DNA of 64,000 bases. Origin: Chrysomallon squamiferum. Its lineage: Eukaryota > Animalia > Mollusca. Positions 54,576 to 64,000 of this stretch are shown piece after piece (the stretch's first letter is position 1; each line of letters opens with the position of its first letter). Where the stretch lies: contig CM022670.1 in assembly GCA_012295275.1 (NCBI GenBank), forward strand, positions 19,778,001-19,842,000, written 5' to 3'. The translations under genes were made by a program, and so were the position numbers. A model generated the notes under the pieces. The model did not search any database and was not told where the DNA came from. It saw only the letters and a list, made by a program, of their open reading frames with translations.

Positions 54576-56395
54576 ATACTTCAAATAATATTTACAAAAT
54601 CCTCTATTTATATAGTTATGTTTATTTATAAATATCAAATTTACTTAATTTTTAAGTCTCCAAAATGTATACTTAATATGCAAGAAAAGCTAATAAAACA
54701 AACAAAACATTTTCATAATGGGTAAAACATTTTATACTTGAAGAATACTGCAAATGATTTGTAATCAACGTGTTTTTAACTACATTATTATAAAAATAAT
54801 CAAATTAAAATGTTTTATTATATTTTATTATTATTATTATTATTATTACTGAATTGTGCTTAAAAAAACAAACAAAAAAAAACTACGTAACTAAGTGAAA
54901 AAAATAAAGTTCTAAATTTATTTCTAAATATATAAAAATGTAATATGGCTGCACCTGCTAATGCACATTTTTAAACACTAAATTAAAGTTTATTTTACTT
55001 TAATTTAATTAAAAATTAAAATTTTAAATAAATATATTCGTAAATTTATAGATTTAAATTTAACATTTGTATCATCATCTTTATTATACCTTTAATAAAG
55101 GTTTAGTTTGTGGGAAGAAAAGTTAAGGTTAGATATCTTCATAACTGTTTTTATCTTATTTAGGAGATATATTATTTCAAGTATTTTAAAATAACAAATT
55201 ATGCACCTATGATAGAGAATGCTACAAATCTTTATAAAATAATATTAATAAAAATGTTATTACAAATTATCTCTGTAATGTAATATAAATACCAAGTTAT
55301 AAATTCAACTTTTATGGTATACTGAGATGGTTAATTACCTTTATAATTATTATTTCTATTTTATTTATTTTATTATTATTATTATTATTATAATAATAAA
55401 CTATCTCTGTAATTTGTAAATATTTTAAATTTTAAATATATATAAATGAAAAGTAATCCATGTATGTAATTTATTTTGATGAAATATTTTCTAATAATAA
55501 TTTATCTTATTAAAGGACTAAAATATATACTGAAAAAAAAAATATATATATATTCAATTTTTTTCAGACTGTATTATTTTAAATATACACTGGAAAAAAA
55601 CTGAGTAAATATATAAATTTATTTACCCAAATTGTTTTCAGTATATATTTCAGCCCTTTATTAAGATAAATTGAGTAAATTATTAATACACTATATGCTC
55701 TCCAATATATTTTTAAAAGTTGTTTTGATATTTATTTCAATATATTACTTACTTCTTAAACTTCGACCTTCTGAATCTGGTGTCCCTCGATCATATAGAT
55801 CCCCCGAATCTGAATGATTTTCAGAATTTGTATCAGCTCCTGTGGAACTTATACTTGACGGTCTTTCTTCTTTTACAACAAATGATACTGTCCCTTCTGG
55901 TGATTCCCTTGACCTACTATCACTGTTGGATGTATGGTCAGCATTTGAGTGACCATCAAGTTTACTTTTCTTGGCTGGTGTAAATGCTGATTGATAATTA
56001 TCAGATCCATCCGCAGTGCTCACTAGTGGACGGAAGGCTCCCCCACCTCCAGCCCCAATCAACCCCATCCCACGATCCAAAGGAGGTCGTGCATAGGGGG
56101 GAATGGGGGCATACATAGGTGGTTGAAATGATTCGGCTAACCTATGCATCGAAAAAGGTGTGTTGAAAGGCGTTGGCATGTCTTTATCCATACCCTGCCC
56201 GTGAAAGTTGTGTGATGCAGGTACGCGGCCACTTTCATGTCCCTCTGCAGTTGATGCCAACACCATAAGCGCTGGTGATGTTAAGGGGTTTGGTACGAAT
56301 GATGTATTCTCCATACTGTTGCTTCCTAAAGGAGGAGCAAAAAAAGGTTTAGGCCACATAAAACGAAACATTGAAAAATCGCTGAAGTTATTCAT
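24848..56395 (-). CDS. RNF220: E3 ubiquitin-protein ligase RNF220 (571 aa from the first ATG; conserved MENTS start at 56314)
   Basis: Exons 56395-55753, 44846-44720, 36806-36764, 33601-33521, 30982-30940, 29933-29803, 28908-28785, 28398-28308, 27799-27713, 27068-27046, 26554-26482, 26021-25919, 25390-25316, 24919-24848 (TAG); phases consistent, 1716 nt. Motifs PNPLTSPALMVLASTAE, CPVCGLTLRSGE, EEYTWAGQTRIRATTMLEGGF and RING CLICM..CWHVHCEECWLRTLGAKKLCPQCNTITSPSDLRRIYL. Confidence 0.95.
27378..27455. repeat. (AAT)n-(TAT)n compound microsatellite forming a palindrome
   Basis: An AAT run directly abuts a run of its reverse complement. Confidence 0.9.
27800..28307 (-). other. U12-type (minor spliceosome) GT-AG intron in RNF220
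   Basis: Donor GTATCCTT (28307-28300) is the U12 consensus. Branch site GTCTTAAC (27817-27810) ends 10 nt before the acceptor junction. No polypyrimidine tract. Confidence 0.9.
32005..32560. repeat. Highly degenerate tandem or locally duplicated array in an RNF220 intron
   Basis: AAAATAAGACATTTT..AAC..TTAATAT variants at 32005, 32065 and 32193. A ~45-bp near-identical pair AGGTGTTGTTTTGATTGGTTTAAG.ATGATATTTACA.TGCAAAGCT at 32408 and 32504. Confidence 0.65.
37019..38132. mobile_element. Possible old pogo/Tigger-like non-autonomous element
   Basis: TA|CAGTGGACTC at the left end and GAGTCCCTACTG|TA at the right end: imperfect CAGT-type termini with TA flanks. Interior degenerate, boundaries uncertain. 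Confidence 0.3.
49494..49925. repeat. Degenerate minisatellite, ~50-65 bp unit, about 8 copies
   Basis: Recurrent unit TATATAAATGTAAAACAACA..TAAAATATACAAAATGTGTGTGAG in RNF220 intron 1. Confidence 0.85.
54513..54572. repeat. (AG)n microsatellite
   Basis: Uninterrupted AG run of about 60 bp. Confidence 0.95.
55499..55672. repeat. Foldback inverted repeat (possible small MITE remnant)
   Basis: 38-bp arms AATTTATCTTATTAAAGGACTAAAATATATACTGAAAA (55499-55536) and the reverse complement at 55635-55672, 3 mismatches. A second imperfect arm pair lies inside. Confidence 0.8.
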
Positions 56396-56639
56396 TTTGA
56401 ATAGTTATAAAATAATAAGAAGTAAATCCGTATAAATATTTCAGACAGGTATCCAAGTATCAGGTAATATATATTTGTGTGACATGTTGACAAAGTATTC
56501 CCCAATCAAACGATATTCAAGAACAAACAGAAAACAGACAAGATGTTATCACTGCCAGTGCAGAAGACATCCTACAAGTTTTAAAAGTCACACACAACTG
56601 GCAGTCTCTCATACACTCTACTACATAGCCCGCTTTGAC

Positions 56640-56880
56640 AGATGAATGACCTCCCATATATGGAAAATAGAGTGACGTCGCACAAAGGCCCGGTAGCCAA
56701 TCTCCGACAAATACAAACAGATAAGATTTTTGCATTTATACACAACTACAATTGTTAAATATAGAAAATAATATACGTTCGTAAATTTAGTTTGATTAGC
56801 ATGTAAACCTAACGCTTTATTGATTGGATAAACAGTAATACGAAAGGAGATGACCGCCGATTGGATTTGCCCGCCTGTTT
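56640..56880 (-). promoter_or_regulatory. Putative RNF220 proximal promoter
   Basis: CArG box CCATATATGG (56654-56663), CRE-like TGACGTCG (56673-56680), CCAAT (56697-56701), and inverted CCAAT (ATTGG) near 56823 and 56860. CpG-retaining sequence 250-480 bp upstream of the ATG. Confidence 0.6.
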
Positions 56881-57772
56881 GTAAACAACCTGAGTGTAGT
56901 ACGACTGCTGAGCAAGCTATCGGAAGCCGTCAAAAATCGTTTTAACAATTTGATTAAATCGGTAAATAAATACAGAACAACAATGACAAAGTTACATATA
57001 ACATGCCGTCAAAATATAATTGTGTATTTCTTATCGATGACATGCAATAAAGATGGATAAAAATTGAAGCTACCTACTTCGTACTCCCTTTATGCATTGG
57101 TAGCCATAGCCTCGTTCTGAAATGGAATTCCCTCATCGGATTATTAAACAGACGGGGAAATCCCTACGATCGATAGCGTTCGTTTATCGTCGGAAATTAA
57201 AAATGAAAAGATTGTTTTCCAGATACTTCTGAAATTAAGTACAATTATTATTATTATTATTTAAAATCAAGGAACTGGTCGTTTTGTTTTCCTTTTATTT
57301 TCTTATTCTTCAAACAGCGGCAAAAAGTACGCTCATCAGTCCACTGAAGATAGGTTCACGAAAACATGTCCAAATATAAATTTAAGTTTCATTCTTCGCT
57401 TTTTCGATTTAACGCACAAAATTGTGGAGGCTTATTTCCTTCAGATCCGAAGCAAATACTTTATTTGTAAATACCTATTTATTTTTGGGTCACAATTATA
57501 GTATATGGTAACAGACCTTTTATTAACTAAATATTAATATTAATTCATTTCAAAATATTAAAATAGACATTGGCGTCATGGACTTTCTCACCTAACTGTA
57601 TGCTAAGTTGAGGGTTTGTTGTACATTATCATTTTTATTTTTAATTTATTAATTTAATTTTATATTCTATATTAGCAATAATAGCCCAAATCGGTGTTTC
57701 CTCGGATTATTTCCAAAACCTATCCAAAAAAAAACAACAACCCAAAACCACAGAAAGGTCACAATATCACCG

Positions 57773-57823
<51 letters not shown>

Positions 57824-58062
57824 ATTATTATTATTATTTGTTTTCTGCATTCTAGTTTTCGTACTTTTATTTACTTAATTTTTTATCTTGTTTGAATTTC
57901 TTATTTCTGTTGTTGTTTGTTTGTCTGTTTTGCTTGTTGTCATTTTTCGTCCTTCTTTCTTCTTATTTTATTATTCCTTTATTTTCAGTTTAGTTTAGCT
58001 TTGCTTGGATCGAGAAAGTAATCTGTAATAATAAGCTTCATGATGTTAAAGGAATTATAATT

Positions 58063-58064
58063 TT

Positions 58065-58135
<71 letters not shown>
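58063..58135. repeat. (TTC)n(TTA)n compound microsatellite
   Basis: Seen directly. Other AAT/ATT tracts lie near 3691-3730, 47552-47600, 57773-57838, 60631-60688 and 61131-61210. Confidence 0.9.
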
Positions 58136-58138
<3 letters not shown>

Positions 58139-60628
58139 AATATATTTGTGAGCATTGTCTGTGTATGCTGTGAAAAGAAAGAGAAAAGAAGAAACCTATC
58201 TGTGGGTGGAACAAGGTAATTGAAATGTCAGTATCGTAACCTCATCCTCTACGTTTAACTTAGGTGTGGGCATACAGATTTCGTGATTTGGTTCTTGTAT
58301 CTGATCGTCCAAAGGCATCACAAACGCGAAGAACAAAAACATTCGATTCAATTATTATTAGCCATTAGCAGCCTTGAACGTAATACATCACTAAATCCTA
58401 TAGCTTTGTTGCTTTAAGATTATTTTCCTTTCAACATCTGATTTCAAGATTATCAGAGATACAGAGTGAAAACGAGTTGATAAGAGAAGCTGGTTGTTTG
58501 ACCTTTCACCTCTCACGATATATACGAAACGAATATGTTTGGAACTTTTTGCCGATGACATGACATGGAGCTCAGTGCATCGTACGGATAACAGCTGTCA
58601 TTTAAATAACTTAGGAAAAATTTGATTATGTTTTCTGCTTTACCAGGACAGAAAAAAATATCTGTTATAATAAACTTATTATAAAGTTAAAGTATTTTAA
58701 TTTTCTTCCATGTGTCTGAGTTGACTATTGTTCCGAACTAATTTTGTTAATAATTTGAAAAAAAATAAAATAAAAAATAAATAAAAAATAAATAGTCGGA
58801 AAATATTCACAGATATAGTTATTTTCCTTTATTTCCTGCCTCTGTCATTCTTTCATTGTTTGTTGACGGACATGTTATATTAGAATATTTAAATGTTTGG
58901 AAAATAAATAAAATGATACACGAAAATTTCGACAAATACTTATAATTCTTTTTTTTTTTTTCTTCTAAATTTTCAGATTTTCTTTTTACATTAAATTTGT
59001 GTCGATAAGTAAAATAACAAGACTGTAGGAAATCGTCGGAGACGTTTTGTACTATTGTCAAGCTACAAATTTAGAATCTGTCGGAGCTATTCCTTATTTA
59101 TTTACATACATGTTGTTGTCGTTTTTTGTGTGTTTTTTTTGTGTTTTTTTTTTTTTTTTTTTTTTGCTACATTACAAAGATCCCATTTTCACGACCATCT
59201 GCTTAACCTACGGATAACGATAGGCCTTTGAGTTATTTTAAAATTAATCAAAAATGCTATAAATCAATAATAATGTATTGTACTAATTATCATTCTCAAA
59301 ATGACCGACCAACCGTATTTAATCATAATTACTTTGACTGCAAATATAAGTACTCTTTAATATTAATTCTATAATGTTTTGCACCTATACGCTTTTATGT
59401 CGTTTAAATCCCGAATTCGACATGGTTATGACTTTGTCGTTAATATACATTACTTTATTTCGCTGCAACAAAATGAGATAGGAGGGGTTTTGTTCAGTGG
59501 TTTGCCTTGATCCGCCAACAGACAATGTAATAGCTTTGTGCGAGTATTTCTCTATTTGACAATCGGCTGTAAACGAGTAGAAATGCGATACTACAAAACA
59601 CATTATGAAAAAACGACTTGTTACATTTACTGAGTGATTGAAATGAGTTTTTGCTCATACTCAGTTCACGTAGGGGGTACCTGTGCTTACGAGCGCGAGG
59701 ACAATTTGTTACACCGACGTTTGACAAAGTGAGAGCTCCTTCGCGTCCACCCTTAAGAAAATCTTTCAATAGCTTTCCAGGCTTCAGGTATTACCAGCTT
59801 CGAATGAAAGACTGGCGGTGAATCGCCAATAAAATAGATTACAAGTTAAAGACTAGGAGTCACATTTCAGTCAAAACAGAATCAACCGACAGTGTGTTAA
59901 TATCGGTCCTATTATAGCTAGTGTTGCTTGAAAACACTTTTAAAAAGGTGAAAATAGGTACAATAGAGTCCGCCAAGCCTTCCCGAAAGTGATAGACGTT
60001 TTCTATCGACGCTATAGTGCGCAGGGATAATGCAATGTTCATTGATGAAGAAAAACGATTAAAAACAACTTGAAGTTCAGTGAAGGGCTCTGAACGGAAT
60101 ATTGAAATATGTTGGCAAAAAGACTGTTTCCGGGACAATAGCCTGACCGTGAAATAGACTACAGTGACTATAGAAAGTCACTCATGAAAGAGCCGGAGTT
60201 TGTCACTTGGAAAAATGAAGGACCGCAGATGTCGTGGAGGAATATACAAATGAGAATTCCATGAGGCGTAGCAGAGTAGAGTCTTTGAAATCGCTGCTCT
60301 TTACGCATACTTAGCAGGGATTTCTAGATGAGAATTTAATTTAATTTATTTTTTCTTTTCAACTAGGATCCAAGTCGTTAAAAGAAAGTTGTGCATTATT
60401 CAATAAACAATTTGCAAATCATTTCCATAAACATACTTTTCCATGGCGTTAATGTACATTTTAAAAATAATTTTAAAAGAAATTGTCTGGAGTAAATGAA
60501 TTAAAAAATAACTTCCTTTAAAACTCATGTTTGAACTGTTTGAAGTTATCTATAGTCTGTGTCAAACTGACCAGGCAGAAAACAAAAAGTAAATCTGAAC
60601 TATTAGCCAAATATATGTAGGTATGTAT

Positions 60629-60688
<60 letters not shown>

Positions 60689-61148
60689 CATAAATATGTA
60701 TATATAAAGAGAAATCTACTAATTATATTGGAAAAATTTAAATCTCGCGCTCACAATATCAAATTCTAATAAATAAATAATTTTTTTTCTTCTATAGATT
60801 TTTAAATAATCCTAAGCCTAATACTAATACTAATAATATTTGAATCGAACGCCTATTTCGTTTGACTAATATATTTCGTTTTTAATTGTCTATTTTGTTT
60901 TGTTTTGATACATTTTTTGGTTTGTCTCAGGCAAAGTAAAAAAATATATTAATTACGAAAGTAAATGTTTGAACATAATTTTTCTTCAATAAACATAAAA
61001 CATACTATTAAACAATTTCATATTACACAGCTATGCACGTTGTTATATTTCTCTATTTATATACATGTAATTTGAAAAATATTTACGAAATGTTTTATTG
61101 CATTCTTTACTAATATCAAACTTTTACATATATTATTATCATTATTAC

Positions 61149-61196
<48 letters not shown>

Positions 61197-61754
61197 CATC
61201 ATCATCATTATCAACATCAACGTCATCATTATGATTATTGTAATATCAGCAATGCTATAATAGTTTTATTAAAATTTACTAAAACATGTTTTAAGATTCA
61301 ACGAAATAACTTTTCATTGCTGTGAAATTTTTTCATAATTTGCTCTCTTTTCTTCTGCTGTATTCGATATTGTTCAGAGCTTTAAAAAAATAATAATGAT
61401 ATTAATAAAAGAAATGAAAAGAAAAAAAGAAAAGAACGAAAAGTTAAAAGAAAGAAACAAAGAAAAAGAAAAAAAACAATATTAGTTTATTAAATTTGAA
61501 GAAATTATGAAATTAAAACAAAATGGCATTTTAAAATTATTTATCACCTCATTATGATTATGATTATAATTATGATTTTATTATTATTGTTGTTGTTGTT
61601 GTTGTTGTTATTTATTTATTCATTCATTTATTTGCTAGTGATGACGTTGCCGTTCACAAAAGAAACATGAAATAAATTTATCAAATGAATATTGTACTTT
61701 AATTACATTGTTAATAAACATATAAATATATATTATACAATCTTTTTCAGATTC

Positions 61755-62159
61755 TTAAATTTATTTTAATTTATTTTGTATTCTATTTATTTATTTTGTT
61801 TATTTTAATTTATTTTGTTTTATTATCATTTTTTTTACTTTACTTTATTGATTTATTTTAATTTATTTTATTTTACATTTTAATCTAATTTAATTTTTAT
61901 TTATTTATTTACTTTATTTTATTTTATTCGATTTTATTTTATTATCATTTTTTTACTTTATTGATTTATTTTAATTTATTTTATTTTCTTTTTACTTCTT
62001 TTTTTTTACATTTTAATTTAATTTAATTTTTATTTATTTATTTATTTTATTTTATTTTATTTCATTTATTTAACATTTTAATTTATTTATTTTTATTTAT
62101 TTAATATTTATTAGTTATTTATTTATTTATTTAATTATTTCGTTTTATTTTTCTATTAT

Positions 62160-62211
<52 letters not shown>
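61755..62211. repeat. Low-complexity (TTTTA/TTTA)n tract ending in a poly-T run
   Basis: Seen directly; includes an internal duplication of TTATTATCATTTTTT..ACTTTATTGATTTATTTTAATTTATTTTATTTT. Confidence 0.85.
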
Positions 62212-62212
<1 letters not shown>

Positions 62213-64000
62213 TTTAAGAAGAAAAAACCAGTCTATGGTGTGGTTCATTTAACACACAGATGTCTAACAATTTACTAAATTAATAAATAACAATCGAAGT
62301 AATAACTTGGTATTAGCTACGGGCTTCTCGACAATTATTAAACCTGCCGAACATACGCCTTAGATACATGCCCAGCGCATATTAGCAATAAAACCACATA
62401 TCGTAAGATAACAATAAGTGGGCGTGGCGATTTGGCCAGGTAGAAAACGGAAATAAAACGCTGTTAACGCAGGGAAGTTAATGGAGCGTAATATTAATCT
62501 CATGGAAAGTCATTTCACAGTGGGAATCCACACAAGTAGAGAAAGCGTGGCTTTGAATATTGCACAGAAAATGATCAAGTCGAAGGAAAGTGGAGTGAAG
62601 AGGTTTAATCTGACAGCTTGAAAATAAAAATCCTTTTCATCTGCTGAGCATTGGCACACCTGGTAAATGTAGCCAGTACGGCCGGTTCACGACAGATATA
62701 AACCTGGCTTTATTGTCGTCTTCAAAAGCTGTTTCTTTCTCAAAATTTGCATGCAGAATATTGAAAAGTGTTCGATAAACTTTGCGAACGAAATGATTGT
62801 GTTCGATATAAAGGAAGATGAAATAAAGAACAAAACGAAAGGTTCCATGAGCCAAGTAAATCACGCTCATGGTAATTAAATTCAGTTTAGAGTAAGATAA
62901 ACGATTAAATGACTGCCATTTCGATTGACGTCCAGTGATTTATGCAGCCAGATATTTTATTATCTTCAGAACTCACTACATACTGATGAGTCGCCAGTGG
63001 GGACCCCGACAACGAGGGACAATTGCGAACAAAAACCAGTCGTTAAATTGGTGGGGAGCTTCCAAAACTTGGTCTTTTCAGAGCCCGTAAACACACAGAA
63101 GGTGCCATCTAAAAGGCGTAGTGCAAGTTGTCTGTTCATGCTATTGACTCGTTTCGAGATGGCTTTTCAAAGTCAACAATGAATTATGTTCTCTTCAAAG
63201 CAGACTGGATGTCTTGTTGAATCTCAGAAAACCACCTTGCATTGATATTTGTTGATTCAATTGACTGCATTTCTGTGCCTCTTAAATTATGATATGGTTA
63301 AGTTGCTTGACGAGGTAGTTCTTAATATAATCATGACTGTATATGAAAAAAACTAACCAGTTCCCCGCCTGACCGTCGTATGTTTGGATGTATGTTCGTG
63401 TGTATGTGTATATATATGTATGTACATATTAAAGTTAGTGTGTGAATTAGTATGTGTGAATATATATGTGTGCGTATATTTTATGTACTTGCATGTGTGT
63501 GTGTTTGTGTGTATATACATATATATATGTCTGTGTAGGTGTGGATGTATATGTTTATATGTATACGTGAAGATATATAAAATATACATTTTGTTTCTAA
63601 TCACGTATTTATTCAAGAATAGATACGAAGAACTGACTGTACCTCCAGTAAGAGCAATGAAACACGTTGTATTTTTTAAATTTAAAATGAAATTTGTTGT
63701 CTTTTTTGTTTATATGGACGCTTCAGAGAAGTGTCTTTACTAATGAAATTATGTCAAATAATGTTAATTTTAAAGAGCTTTCTTAATTTATTATAATTTT
63801 TTTTTTTTTTTTTTTTTTTTTTATCCATTTTTCTGAAATAATTATTAAAATAACCGGCATTTCCGAATGGAAACAACCAAGTGTTGAATAATTGATTGTG
63901 TGATAAGAGACGACGGCGTAAAATTAAACTGTTACGTGTTGATTTGATCCGGAGGGTTTAATCCGACAGATGTTTCTGAGGTCAGCGCGCAACCCTCGTC

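Noticed and set aside
59385-60138. Cluster of minus-strand ORFs upstream of RNF220 as a gene or transposase
   Set aside because: No recognisable motifs, frames are discontinuous, and no consistent exon structure was found.
1-64000. Most entries in the six-frame ORF track (e.g. 26164-26406, 27339-27551, 30123-30419, 54374-54631, 61098-61325, 63384-63743)
   Set aside because: They are translations of microsatellite or AT-rich low-complexity sequence, or antisense shadows of real exons.

Overview
AT-rich, intron-rich animal genomic DNA (probably an invertebrate with gene-body CpG depletion; a mollusc-like lophotrochozoan is a guess). It is not prokaryotic, and most ORF-track entries are low-complexity artefacts. 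Manual splicing gives five genes with phase-consistent exons: the 3' part of LMBRD1 (+, 98-4728), an unnamed 240-aa two-Ig-domain protein with a probable GPI anchor (-, 7977-11196), NDUFA11 (-, 12414-15510) head-to-head with SARAF/TMEM66 (+, 16515-21231), and RNF220 (-, 24848-56395, 14 coding exons). Points of interest: the Kirre/Neph-like two-Ig protein, a U12-type intron, a candidate poison exon and a copied poly(A) cassette in RNF220, a GC-AG intron and an MPR-like sorting tail in LMBRD1, a duplicated-motif exon in SARAF, inverted TALE-site pairs in RNF220 introns, a CArG+CRE+CCAAT promoter, a TA-flanked MITE, a foldback and minisatellites. I found no rRNA, tRNA or CRISPR array, and no clear new multi-gene system. 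All homology calls are from memory, not from database searches.
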